Part shown: in pieces, positions 1 to 13,823 of the stretch
Numbering within the stretch: position 1 is the stretch's first letter
How the letters are laid out: each line of letters starts with the position of its first letter
Assembly: GCA_030141605.1 (NCBI GenBank)
Contig: JAQGDQ010000831.1
Span: forward strand, 1-64,000
DNA: 64,000 nucleotides
Reading direction: 5' to 3'
Source: Tubiluchus corallicola
Lineage: Eukaryota > Animalia > Priapulida
Notes under the pieces: generated by a model
What the model saw: the letters and a program-made list of their open reading frames with translations, nothing else
Database searches by the model: none
What the model was told of the DNA's origin: nothing
Program-made: the position numbers and the translations under genes

Positions 1-633
1 TGCAAAACGCTTACAAAGTTTTCACGTTTAATGCGGCTTACGAATTTACAATTAGACAACAGATGATGTGGAGTTTGACTCACCCCCCCCCCCCCCACAC
101 ACACACACACAAACACTGGCACTTATTATTATCTGCATAACCAAATATTGAATAGAAAATCATTAAAATTGCCTTGACCTGTTAGAAATATGCAGGGCTA
201 AAACCTCAAGTTTTCTATTACCTCTTTGTACTGGAATACTCAAACAAATATTCATTTGTACTACTGATTGTCAGACTAAAATTCGAATGACTGAAATGTA
301 CGTGTATCCTTTAACTTACACTTTTAATACTGTTAATTTTTTGAATATCAATATAAATCAGTTGTTAGTATTAATATTAGTTGTTTTCAACTGCTTTTAA
401 AATTCATGGCAATCAATTGCAGATTATCAAATTTGCCCATCGACTGGTTGCCACGAATTTTAAAAATAGTTAAAAAAAAACTAATATGATATATTTATAT
501 CATATATCAAAAACATATATCATACTAATTGTTTTTAACTATATATAGTATATATAGACTGTATATATATAGTGTATATAGTATATAGTAGTATATAGTG
601 TATAGTATATAGTATTATAGTGTATAGTGTGTA

Positions 634-743
<110 letters not shown>

Positions 744-837
744 GTTAACCTATATCATATTATATATATATAGTTAAAAATAGTTAAAAAAATTAGTATT
801 ATATACGTTATGATATATGATACCATATATATATATA

Positions 838-3053
838 TTCTTTAAACTAAACAAGTTTGAAATCACGTGATTTAGGCTACACTATAATAATGACAGCATA
901 CACAGGATTAACCAATTAGGTAACTTAATTAATGACAGTTAATTAATATCATACTAAGACGACAATTTGCGGGTTTCTTGCAGTTGAGCTGTAATAATCT
1001 TTTGCATTTTTCACTTCAGATGGCGCAACGGTGTTGTAATTAAAACCAGATGTTGTATTATTGTAGCAGAAGTTATTGGTCACCATTCTATTGAGTTCTG
1101 CTGCTTTTATAATCCTGGAAATCAAAAGGAAATCCGGACCCATACTCGGAAACGTACTAGTTTTTCAAAAATGATTTACGTAAAAGAATTATTACCACAC
1201 AAACACATTTTCACGTTCGCGCCACTAGTTCTTTGCTGTTACATGTATTTCCGCCATTCCCTGCTTAGACGGGCACAAGCGCCTGCATTTCGGAAACGCA
1301 TTGCACAAAAAACAGCTGTTGTGCTTCTAAAATCAGACGTGTTAGCTTGTGACATAATGCACACGTTTGACTGCTCAAGCGTGAGCACAGCGGTAAATTT
1401 GAAATTTGAATTTTTATCTTAAAACTTGCCTAGTTTTAGTACAACACCACGAATATCTTACAGTACCACTGTATTTCAATTTTCGCTTTCGCAAACACAT
1501 GCAACATGCTCGTGAAACATTTTTGCTGTTGAAAAATTATGCTAGTTTGTGATGTCATCAATACTTAGGCTCGCATGTCGTTAATTAAATTTTCAATCCA
1601 TTATTTTACTATCAGAATCGCTTTGCAGTAGTAATTGTGTTAAAATGTGGGTAGCAAATGAAAAATCATCCTGTCTTCCTTTAAACTTTTTCACTTTAAA
1701 GACAATGCGTCATAAGATATTTTTATCTTAAGATAACTAAATTATTTTGTTATCTAAAAACTTTCTTACAAACTTAATTCAACACTTTTATTGAAAAGCT
1801 ACATCATAGGCAAGTTATCGAATAAAGCAGATGTGAAACTTAGTTGCTAAGTAACCAGTTATTTTCAAAACTAGGCAACAATGTCAACAGGATGTAACCT
1901 TGACTTTTCGTCTTTTACGCTGTGACCTTGTGGTCAACAGCTTTCGCTGATTTTCTAGTGCTGTGACCAGTCAACTCTATTAGTTCTTTTTTGTCTTTGT
2001 CTCTTGCCTCTGATTTTTATTTCAGTATTATTGCTAGTACAACCTTGTGTAAAATGGCCTCGGTCGGTTCTGCGACATTGCGCGACCTCCACCTTTGACC
2101 TTTGGCATTTGACCTTCATGCTTTTGTCACGTTTAATGCTTTTGTCATGCTCGGAGAATACGCCGAGGCACTACTTTGAGGTTTTGCCACAATCCGTGAT
2201 TAATATGACTAGTTGTTCTCTCACTGTAGTCGAACGAACAGGAAAACGGACAAACAAAATCGATAATGTTTTGTCCCCGATTATGTCGTGCTAATGTTAA
2301 AAACTTTTCAACCTTGGATTAAGTCGTGCTAAGGTTAAAAACTTTTCAACCTTGGATAACGCAGATACAGCATAAAATTTCCATTGCGCATGCGCAACAC
2401 ATGAATCTCTATAATTAAAAGGGCCACGGAGTCGACGAAATTCTTGAAATGTTCTGGCAATAAACAGCGTGAGTTAAATAGCTCAGCTTTTGCCCAATTC
2501 CGGTCGTCTTATTGGTGCATAATTCCCGTAAAGCATCGATGAAGTAAGTACATAGACTAGTCAGTAAGTACATAGACTAGTCGGTAAATCTCTTCCATCC
2601 GTAACTAAGTCACGTGACAAAAGTGAATGGCTTCTGTGAGCATACTGAACCACGCGTGCGTCTTTCAACTGTTTTTGGCTGTCGCATTTCGATTGCAACC
2701 ATTAGTCAAGCACCAAAAATGTTTGTCTTCAAAGATTGTGCATATTGCTAACTTTAATAGTAATCATATTTTTTCTTTTAACTCGAAAGTGGTGCTGACA
2801 AGCCACTGGCGTAGCAGTGTCTAGTTTTTTTTACTGGATTACTGCTGTGTTTACCTGTCTTGAGGGCAGATTTCTTTTATTTTAGAATTCTGCCTTTCCA
2901 GTGTCTACAATAGATGTGATGATGATGATGATGATGATGTTGATGCTGCTGCTGCTGATGATGATGAGATGATGTTGATGATGATGATGATGATGCTGCT
3001 GCTATTGATGGTGACGATGATGTTGATGATGATGGTGATGATTATGATGATGT

Positions 3054-3088
<35 letters not shown>

Positions 3089-3170
3089 TTGATGCTGCTG
3101 CTGCTGCTGCTGCTGCTATTGATGATGTTGATGATGATGATGCTGCTGCTGCTGCTACTGATGACGATGT
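838..3170 (+). repeat. Left arm of a ~2.3 kb inverted duplication (partner at 7810-10176)
   Basis: Near-identical reverse complement. For example, ORFs 2627-2824(+) and 8177-8374(-) encode the same peptide, and 1171-1422(+) is closely similar to 9580-9831(-). Confidence 0.95.
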
Positions 3171-3251
3171 TAACGTCAATGATGAAAACGGTGACGAAAG
3201 CAGCATTAGGAACAACGTTACGCAACAACATAAGCCATAGCTGGTTAGGAA

Positions 3252-3427
3252 TGTAGGTTTGGGTGGCCTGCCTGAGCGCCCCGACGGGGGGTACACTCCC
3301 TGCTCTCTAACCGCTTTATATACGGTCACCCGGCAAGGCTATATCTTACACACCGCGCTCTCTATAATGATTTATAATAAAAACAAACACCTAATTCAGT
3401 CCACGTTGTCGCTGGCAAATACTTACA
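3252..3427 (+). mobile_element. Possible short LTR, followed by GC-richer internal-like sequence
   Basis: Imperfect inverted termini TGTAGGTTTG...CAAATACTTACA, with internal TTTATATA and AATAAA. There is no clear PBS and no second LTR. Confidence 0.3.
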
Positions 3428-3960
3428 AAGTGTGCGTAGAAGTGCCTATTTACCCAGTTGATTAATTATTAAGAGACGAAACCGACGAGTCGGTAACCGG
3501 ATCCGGATTTCGTACGGCGGTGTCGAAACCCGGACAGCGTTGATTGTTTGTTTACAAACCGGAGGACTTCAGCTAGAGGCTAATTTGACGATTTCTTGTC
3601 CTCGTTAGGACGTAATTAGCTTCTGCGGATTGTGCACCGTGAGATAACTGCCAGTGATTTGGAAATTGGAAAGAGGTGCTTAGACTAAGTAGGCTTCCTC
3701 GTTCCCTGACATCACGGTGCTAAGGAAACACATTAGAGAGACGAGCTCATGTGTTTCTGGGCTTGAAAGGCAAGAGCGAGAAGAGCTCGTTAGAGGAGGA
3801 AACAGAGAAGAAGAGAGCAGTTGTGATAGCAGAGATGTGCTGCGGTTGCTGTGTAGTAGTAGTAGTAGTAGTAGTGGTAGATGTAGTGGTAGTAGTAGTA
3901 GTAGTAGTAGTGGTAGATGTAGTGGTAGTAGTAGTAGTAGTAGTAGTGGTAGATGTAGTG

Positions 3961-4038
<78 letters not shown>

Positions 4039-4234
4039 TCTGTTTCTGAGCTTGAAAGGCAAGAGCGAGAAGAGGTCGTTAGAGGAGGAAACAGAGAAGA
4101 AGAGAGCAGTTATGATAGCAGAGATGTGCCGCGGCTGCTGGGTCTTTTACCGAAATAAAGTAGAATTGAATTGAATTGATTATTATCAAATGGACTGGTG
4201 ATAATGGTTGTTGACTCTGTAAGACAAGACGGAG

Positions 4235-4309
<75 letters not shown>

Positions 4310-4394
4310 ACAGAGAGAGACAAAGAGACAGAGAGAGAAAGACAGACAGAGAGAGAGAGAGAGAAACAGAGAGAGACAAAGAGACAGAGAGAGC

Positions 4395-4432
<38 letters not shown>

Positions 4433-4705
4433 TATTATTAAAAATCTTTATTGAAAATTATACAAGAAGCCCTCTATTTGCAGGGCACAAAAGTACAAAA
4501 ATGTTAAATAAGTCTTTACACTATGTACATTAAATAAATTTCTTACAAAACAAGCTGACAATTTTGCATTACGATTTACTTATTCTAAATATATATCCAA
4601 TATTTATAATCAATGTATAATCAATTTACTATAAGATCATTTCGGGTTAGTTCTTTCACAATATCTATATACATTTTAATTACATTAGTGTCTCTCTTTC
4701 TATAA

Positions 4706-4891
4706 ATGTTTCGAATGTCATTATTTTCTAAGCCGCGTTCGAGATTCACTCTTATATCTTGTATCTTTGGAAGCGGTTGCAAATCATTTAAATACAGGAT
4801 AGGAATAATTGCTTCAGATCTGTGTGTTTGCGGTTTGGGCAGTCAAACTCCAGAACATTTAATTTTTTCATTGTCTATTATCATTTGTTAG
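4706..4891 (+). mobile_element. LINE C-terminal zinc-knuckle fragment (partly duplicated at ~5495-5570)
   Basis: SDLCVCGLGSQTPEHLIF matches the CxCG-x3-QTxxH pattern of LINE ORF2 ends. Confidence 0.55.
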
Positions 4892-5878
4892 ACAAGACGT
4901 AAGAGTGAATCTACTTTATCAAGCTAAACATTGTTGCTTACTTTTAATTTGCAACATTTCTTAGTTTTTAACATCAGCTAAAACTCTTGCTGTCTGTATT
5001 ATTATATTGCATTGTTAACTTACGCGAATACAGTTAGTTTATACAAATAAATACTCCAACGCTTTTATGCTTAACATGAATTAGATTGGTTCCTTAAGTT
5101 ACGCTAAGACGCAGGCATCTCCTTGCTTAGGAATTTTATCAGTTAGAAATTTAAAGGAAGACGGGATGATTTTTCATACACTACCCCATTTTCAAATCCA
5201 ATAAAAAGCATACATTTTAACACAGTTAATACTGCAAAAGCGTTTCTGATAATTAAATAATAGATTAAAATCTTAATTAACGGCGGGCGAGCCCAACTAT
5301 TGATGACATCACAAACTAACATAATTTTCAATAGCAGAAATATCCTACGAGCGTGTTGCACGTGTTTGCGAAAGCGAAAATTGAAGTACAGTGCTACTGT
5401 AAGATATTCAGTGTGTTGTACTAAAACTAGACAAGTTTTAAGATAAAAATTCAAATTTCAAATTCACCGCTATGTTCACGCATGAGCTAGCTGATTCAGA
5501 TGTGTGTGTTTGCGGTTTGGGCAGTCAAACCCCAGAACATTTAATTTTTCATTGTCCGTTACCATTGGTTAGTTGAACTCAAATGAGACGTCTGGGCAGA
5601 GCTGCCAAATGAAACGCTTCTGTTATTTATTATTTGTGTATCATGCACAAAAATAAATATATACATGTCGTACGTGAGTAAAAGTAAAGAGTAAAAATTC
5701 TGCATCCATGATCAATACAAAGGTTGTGCTCACGACTGAGTGCTGGGAATGACAGCAAGACACTAAATCCTCAAAAAAGGTCACTCAGAGAGACTGCCTG
5801 GTTTCACCCAGAATTTTGCATCGGTTACTTAATAGACGTAGCGGGCGTATGATAATAATGATGATCATAACCATTTCT

Positions 5879-5997
<119 letters not shown>

Positions 5998-6305
5998 TTT
6001 TTTATTTATTGTTTCTTTTTTTATTCATTCATTCTTTCTTTCTTTTTCTCTTTCTTTCTCTCTTTCATTCTTTCTTTATTTATTTTTTCTTTCTGTCTTT
6101 CTTTCTTTCTTTATTTATTTATATAGTTTTTATTTATTTATTTTTTTATTTACTTCTTTTTTTCATTTATTCATTCATTCTTTCTTTCTCTCTTTCACTC
6201 TTTCTTTATTGATTTAGTTTTTCTTTCTTTGTTTGTTTCTTTCATTCATTCTTTCTTCTTTCTTTCTTCTTTTTTCCTTTCTTCTTTCTTTCTTTCTTTT
6301 TTCAT

Positions 6306-6432
<127 letters not shown>

Positions 6433-6789
6433 TTTGTTTGTTTGTTTGTTTATTTATTTACTTATATTTGGCCTTTATATTGCCTGGTGCCACAAACTCC
6501 AAGTCAAAATTTTTAAAACTTCATTTTTATGAAACTCCAAAAAGTCTACAAAATTCGTAACAAACTGAAATTCTAAAAATAACAAACAATTTAAAGGAAT
6601 AAAGATTTTAGTATTTAAAATCTAATCTGAATTTAAGGACGTTTGTGCAACCAAGCAGTAAACCTTAGTCGGTCAGCATCATTGGATTTGTGGAAAATAA
6701 TAAATAAGATGATATTAGATAAAATAAATAAATTTTAACAAACAAAATAGATGACACTCTGTATTAGGCCTCTCTAATTTTCTATTTGA

Positions 6790-7143
6790 TTTGATTTTGA
6801 TTTAATATTTTATTTCAAACTTCACAAAGTTCATAAACACATCACAAATTAATACAAATAATACAATAAATCATGACACACAACAATAACACAAATAACA
6901 ATTAACGATATAAGAAACTACGCCAATGACATCTAATTACAGAAGTAAAGTTTACATAACTGTTTAAAATGTTCTTGCATATAAAATTTTCACTCTTATT
7001 CAGCCCGACGTATAAACTGTATGCACATTTTCTGTGAATCACATCAAAATAAACAAGATTAAGTCTAGTAGAAATATATCTGGCGCTTGTAGCACTGCTA
7101 AAGTTAAACTGCTTCCGTGTTGATACATTATATGCAACCTTGA
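6790..7143 (-). mobile_element. 3' end of the same LINE family as 33509-36080
   Basis: VKVAYN..TRK...SARYISTRLN...IHRKCAYSLYV.LNKSENFICKNILNS...IRCHWRSFLY, plus a matching 3' UTR. Confidence 0.9.
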
Positions 7144-7146
7144 CAA

Positions 7147-7480
7147 TATAGGTTTTACAAGTCAAATGTAGACACAGGAAAGTTCAAATGTGACTTAGGT
7201 AAGTCAAATGTAGATATAGGAATTTCGAATGTGTTTTGGTAACTCAAAAGTGACTTAGGTAAGTCAAATGTAGACAAAGGACATTTGACTTGACATGTGT
7301 CTACATTTGACTTGTCCTTTGTCTACATTTGACTTACCAAAAACGCTTAAGATTTGTTGAAAACCATTGTTAACACATTTGAACTGCCTAAGTCTACATT
7401 TGAGTTACCAAGACACATTTGAATTACCTAAATCTACATTTGACTTAACGTAGGTCTACATTTGACTTGTAAAACGTATA
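7147..7480. mobile_element. Foldback/MITE with internal AAGTCAAATGTAGA sub-repeats
   Basis: Terminal inverted repeats TATAGGTTTTACAAGTCAAATGTAGAC...GTCTACATTTGACTTGTAAAACGTATA. Confidence 0.75.
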
Positions 7481-7809
7481 AAAAGTAGTGCAGTAAGCAT
7501 TAAACAGTTGTCTCTTCACACACAATTTGTTGCATTAAACTGTTTTCACACCTTGTTTCTGTGTAAAATTAACTTTCGGTGCATTTAACAAGAAACTGTG
7601 TGACGCCACAAACACAAAAAAACAATCTGGAACGAAGAAAAGGGTTAAGGGGAAGAAAGTTGAAAAACGTTTATAATAAGTGAAGGAAAGAAACGAATGA
7701 ACAGACAAAGAAAAAGAAAAATCGTCATCATCATGTGCCCATTGCGTCTATCGCAGACACTGGGCAAGCAGAATCATCATCATCATCATCATCATTATCA
7801 TCATCATCA

Positions 7810-10176
7810 TCAACATCATCATCATCAGTAGCAGCAGCAGCAGCATCATCATCATCAACATCATCAATAGCAGCAGCAGCAGCAGCAGCAGCAGCATCAA
7901 CATCATCATCATCATCATCATCATCATCAACATCATCATAATCATCACCATCATCATCAACATCATCGTCACCATCAATAGCAGCAGCATCATCATCAGC
8001 AGCAGCAGCAGCAGCATCATCATCAACATCATCTCATCATCATCAGCAGCAGCAGCATCAACATCATCATCATCATCATCATCACATCTATTGTAGACAC
8101 TGGAAAGGCAGAATTCTAAAATAAAAGAAATCTGCCCTCAAGACAGGTAAACACAGCAGTAATCCAGTAAAAAAAACTAGACACTGCTACGCCAGTGGCT
8201 TGTCAGCACCACTTTCGAGTTAAAAGAAAAAATGTGATTACTATTAAAGTTAGCAATATGCACAATCTTTGAAGACAAACATTTTTGGTGCTTGACTAAT
8301 GGTTGCAATCGAAATGCGACAGCCAAAAACAGTTGAAAGACGCACGCGTGGTTCAGTATGCTCACAGAAGCCATTCACTTTTGTCACGTGACTTAGTTAC
8401 GGATGGAAGAGATTTACCGACTAGTCTATGTACTTACTGACTAGTCTATGTACTTACTTCATCGATGCTTTACGGGAATTATGCACCAATAAGACGACCG
8501 GAATTGGGCAAAAGCTGAGCTATTTAACTCACGCTGTTTATTGCCAGAACATTTCAAGAATTTCGTCGACTCGGTGGCCCTTTTAATTATAGAGATTCAT
8601 GTGTTGCGCATGCGCAATGGAAATTTTATACTGTATCTGCGTTATCCAAGGTTGAAAAGTTTTTAACCTTAGCACGACTTAATCCAAGGTTGAAAAGTTT
8701 TTAACATTAGCACGACATAATCGGGGACAAAACATAATAATCGATTTTGTTTGTATGTTTTCCTGTTCGTTCGACTACAGTGAGAGAACAACTAGTCATA
8801 TTAATCACGGATTGTGGCAAAACCTCAAAGTAGTGCCTCAGCGTATTCCCCAAGCATGTCAAAAGCATTAAACGTGACAAAAGCATGAAGGTCAAATGCC
8901 AAAGGTCAAAGGTGAAGGTCGCACAATGTCGCAGAACCGACCGAGGCCATTTTACACAAGGCTATACTAGCAATAATACTGAAATAAAAATCAGAGGCAA
9001 AAGACAAAGACAAAAAAACTAATAGAGTTGACTGGTCACAGCACTATAAAATCAGAGAAAGCTGTTGACCACAAGGTCACAGCGTAAAAGACGAAAGGTC
9101 AAGGGTACATCCTGTTGACATTGTTGCCTAGTTTTGATAATAACTGGTTACTTAGCAACTGAGTTTCACATCTGCTTTATTCGATAACTTGTCTATGATG
9201 TAGCTTTTCAATAAAAGTGTTGAATTAAGTTTGTAAGAAAGTTTTTAGATAACAAAATAATTTAGTTATCTTAAGATAAAAATATCTTATGACGCATTGT
9301 CTTTAAAATGAAAAAGTTTAAAGGAAGACAGGATGATTTTTCATTTGCTACCCACATTTTAACACAATTACTACTGCAAAGCGATTCTGATAGTAAAATA
9401 ATGGATTGAAAATTTAATTAACGACATGCGAGCCTAAGTATTGATGACATCACAAACTAGCATAATTTTTCAACAGCAAAAATGTTTCACGAGCATGTTG
9501 CATGTGTTTGCGAAAGCGAAAATTGAAATACAGTGGTACTGTAAGATATTCGTGGTGTTGTAGTAAAACTAGGCAAGTTTTAAGATAAAAATTCAAATTT
9601 CAAATTTACCGCTGTGCTCACGCTTGAGCAGTCAAATGTGTGCAGTATGTCACAAGCTAACTCGTCTGATTTTCGAAGCACAACAGCTGTTTTTTGTGTA
9701 ATGCGTTTCTGAAATGCAGGCGCTTGTGCCCCTCTAAGCAGGGAATGGCGGAAATACATGTAACAGCAAAGAACTAGTGGCGCGAACGCGAAATTGCATT
9801 TGTGTGGTAATAATTCTTTCACGTAAGTCATTTTTGAAAAAATAGTACGTTTCCGAGTATGGGTCCGGATTTCCTTTTGTTTTCCAGGATTATAAAATCA
9901 GCAGAATCTCAATAGAATGGTGACCAATAACTTCTGCTACAATAATACAACATCTGGTTTTAATTACAACACCGTTGCGCCATCTGAAGTGAAAGATGCA
10001 AACGATTATTACAGCTCAACTGCAAGAAACCCGCAAATTGTCGTCTCAGTATGATATTAATTAACTGTCATTAATTAAGTTACCTAATTGGTTAATCCTG
10101 TGTATTAATAGATTTTGCTGCCATTATTATAGTGTAGCCTAAATCACGTGATTTCAAACTTATTTAGTTTAAAGAA
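7810..10176 (-). repeat. Right arm of the ~2.3 kb inverted duplication
   Basis: Reverse complement of 838-3170, bounded by (CAT)n/(CAG)n on the inside and (TA)n on the outside. Confidence 0.95.
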
Positions 10177-11144
10177 TATATATATATATATATGTGTATG
10201 TATATGCTCAATTAAATAAGTTTAGTGATGTGTTTTAAACAAAATTATTGTGTGCTTCTGTTTAAATTTCTAATTTGAGGTAGACGATATATATATATCT
10301 GTGTACGATATATATTTTAATTATACACACAGTTTACTACGTAGTATAAATTACCTACGTAGTCGTGAGTTTTTTACCAACATACATGTTTTTCAAATGC
10401 ATGTTCAGTTATCAATCAAGCACTGGCCATATGATGTTGAAAATACCGGCTCTTGTTTGATCACCTAAATTATTACTGGTTGTTTTAAAACTTTTCTATC
10501 TTTGAACAAATCTAAAGGAGTGGTAAATTTTTTTGGTGTTTACAGACAAACGTCTCAAGTATTAATGTGCTAATTTTCAAACGACTGAATTATTTTCTTC
10601 TCATAATATCGTGATCAAAATTTCGGCACATTTTTTGCACCACCTGGTATAATTTATAATCATGCAGAACACTGATCCGTCTGCATGATGGAAAACAATT
10701 TTACGACAATAAAGCCTGACCGAAACAATAGTGAAAATTAATGTAATTATGTAAGCTATTGTTGTTATATGCACAATTTGCTAAATTAGCTACGCAGACG
10801 TAAATTTTTTACTAACAAACAAGTTTATCAAATAGAATAACGGATCTAGATCTGCCCCAAAATTCCTTCACGTAAGATCCGCCCCTCTGACAATTTAATT
10901 CATGGAATTTTATTGAACAGTGTTATCTTTGCGTTGTCCTGCTAGTAAATATACAAGCAAACAAACAAATAGTCTTTTAATGACGGTATTAAAGCTAAAA
11001 ACTCCCAGCAAAAACGCCTAAGTAATGAAAGCTACTGTATAACATACGCTACGTGATCACGTGACTACTGAATAACCAATCATCTTCCTTGTGCGATGTT
11101 GAATCGACCTCTGCTATGTAAACCCGATACAGGATAAACGGAAT

Positions 11145-11263
11145 GTCTACGGCCATATCACGTTGAAAACACCGGTTCTCGTCTGATCACCGAAGTTAAG
11201 CAGCGTAGAGCCTGGTTAGTACTTGGATGGGTGACCGCCTGGGAATACCAGGTGCTGTAGGCT
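11145..11263 (+). rRNA. 5S rRNA gene, copy 1
   Basis: GTCTACGGCCATATCACGTTGAAAACACCGGTTCTCGTCTGATCACCGAAGTTAAGCAGCG...GGGAATACCAGGTGCTGTAGGCT with a T5 Pol III terminator; typical metazoan 5S sequence. Confidence 0.97.
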
Positions 11264-12319
11264 TTTTGCATTCCTTCTGTTAAATTGATGTTTTTGCTGT
11301 TTATTGTAAATAACCAAGGGAATAAATTTAAGTATTAATAATAATAAGTTACTAATTTAAAACTTTCCTTTTCTGTTTACCGACACTAGTTTTATGAATA
11401 TGTAGATTTACACATAGAATTAATTTCCTTGCTTACTGCAAAAATCATCACTGTTATCATCATCAAAATCATTGTCATCAAAATTGTGCAAACATTGTGT
11501 AAGTAACATCAAATATTTACTTCAACATGTTTTACAAATATTTTGTGATACGTGGTATAATAGCAGGAAAGATTAACTTCCCTATTTCACGTCCTGTCCG
11601 TGGCGTATAGAGAGGTAATAGAAAACTTGAGATTTTAGCCTGCACATTTCTAACAGGTCAAGACAATTTTAATGATTTTCTATTCAATATTTGGTTATGC
11701 AGACAATAATAAGTACCAGTGTTTAGCGGGGGGGGGGGAGGCAAACCCACATCATCATCTGATGTTTCAATGTAAATTCGTAAGTCGCATTAAACGTGAA
11801 AACTTTGTAAGAGTTTTGCAGCACCAAGATGTCAATTAAGTTTCGTGTAAATAAATTGTTTCTATGTACCTTGTATGCATAACACTGTTTTAATGCTATA
11901 ACGTTGAGTAGGAAATGTACGTAAAGTGACAATCTGGACTAAAATCACTAATGTATCGATTGTGGCATTTACCTCGTTCCTCGTGTATACAAGTAACTTG
12001 TTTTAGAACTACAAACATACATAACACATTACATTATTTTTACATACATAATACGTATATTACACATCATAAAAGGCTTATAAAAAGATATATGAGATAA
12101 ATACATTACATAATATATTATTTATTTATTTATGCATTTATGTACTTTGCCAAACTGTGACATTTAACTTCTGCTTAGCATTTTTGCACCACCTGGTACA
12201 ATTTATAATCATGCAGAACACTGATTCGTCTGCATGATGGAAAACAATTTTACAATAACAAAGCATAACAGAAACAATAATGAAAATTAATGTAATTATG
12301 TAAGCTATTGTTGTTATAT

Positions 12320-13340
12320 GTGCGGCAAGGCACTTCATCACTAACACTGGCCCTAGACTTTGGAATTACATAAACGAATACATAAAAAATTCTTTATCTA
12401 TAAATAACTTCAAAAGAAATTTTAAAAATGAAATCTTTTCTAATTATACAGAATAAATCAATTTGATTAATTACGCTGCTGTCCCTGTCGGAATCCATTG
12501 CGTTGCTGGCTTTGTCAATTTTTACATTTCTATAGTTCACGTTACTTCATACAGATACCATCACATCTTTCTCCTTCTTTCTATTTTCTATTAACCTTTC
12601 TTTCTACTCCTTTACTGGTCTTTTCTATTACACTCAGTCCACATTCATTACTTCATACAGATACCATCACATCTTTCTCCTCTTTCTATTCTCTATTAAC
12701 CTTTCTTTCCACTCCTTTACTGGTCTTTTCTATTACACTCAATCCACATTCATTACTTCTTACAGATACCATCACATCTTTCTCCTCTTTCTATTCTCTA
12801 TTAACCTTTCCTTCTACTCCTTTACTGCTCTTTTCTATTACACTCAGTCCACATTCATTACTTCATACAGATACCATCACATCTTTCTCTTTCTTTCTAT
12901 TCTCTGTTAACCTTTCCTTCTACTCCTTTACTGCTCTTTTCTACTACACTCAGTCCACATTCATTACTTCATACAGATACCATCACATCTTTCTCATTCT
13001 TTCTATTCTCTATTAACCTTTCCTTCTACTCCTTTACTGCTCTTTTCTACTACACTCAGTCCACATTCTTTACTTCATACAGATACCATCACATCTTTCT
13101 CCTTCTTTCTATTTTTCTATTAACCTTTCTTTCTACTCCTTTACTGCTCTTTTCTATTACACTCAGTCCACATTCATTCGGGGTACTCTGAACAAGTAAT
13201 TACTTCTTGAGTACCACACGGGTCATTTGCGGCTTGGCATCTTGTACACATAATAATAAATATATTATTAAATACTTTTATGTACAATGCTGCAATGATC
13301 ATTGAGGATATATTTAATAAATAAATAAATAAATAAATAT
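12320..13340 (+). mobile_element. L2/CR1-group LINE 3' fragment in the 5S spacer, with a 105-106 bp tandem array in its 3' UTR
   Basis: ARHFITNTGPRLWNYINEYIKNSLSINNFKRNFKNEIFSNY*, about 6 tandem units (12542-13177), a GGTACTC..GAGTACC stem-loop and an (AAAT)n tail. Confidence 0.7.
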
Positions 13341-13704
13341 ACACAGCTTACTAAATTACCTACGCAGTCGTGAATTTTTTTCCTACATGTATGTTTTTCA
13401 AATAGAATAACTGATACAGATCCGCCTTTCCCTTGTCCTGCTAATAAACAAACAAACAAACAAACAAATAGGCTCCTTTGTGGCGGTATCAAAGCTAAGA
13501 ACAGGCAGCAAAAACGACAATGTAATGAAAATATGACATTAAAAATTCAGCAGCTCCAGCAATAAACAGAACCAGCTACTGTATAACACATACTACGTGA
13601 TCACGTGACTGCTGAATAACCAATCATCTTCCTTGTGTGGTGTTGAGCGTCACGCTTTTGAATCAGAGCCCTGCTATGTAAACCCGTTTAAACAAGATTC
13701 AAAT

Positions 13705-13823
13705 GTCTACGGCCATATCACGTTGAAAACACCGGTTCTCGTCTGATCACCGAAGTTAAGCAGCGTAGAGCCTGTTTAGTACTTGGATGGGTGACCGCCT
13801 GGGAATACCAGGTGCTGTAGGCT
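13705..13823 (+). rRNA. 5S rRNA gene, copy 2 (one G>T variant)
   Basis: Same 119 nt sequence except CCTGTTTAG in place of CCTGGTTAG; T5 terminator. Confidence 0.96.

Noticed and set aside
2533-2544. 5.8S rRNA motif GCATCGATGAAG
   Set aside because: Only 12 nt match; the flanks are not 5.8S or ITS sequence.
2905-4379. Poly-M/S/V/Y/L/ER ORFs here and at 6009-6532, 18935-19254, 20313-21851, 27247-27966, 47186-47616 and 50385-50924
   Set aside because: These are translations of microsatellites.
7735-7770. Small hairpin TGCCCA...TGGGCA as a structured ncRNA
   Set aside because: On the minus strand it is a stem-loop followed by (ATG)n, more consistent with an extremely truncated RTE-type 3' end.
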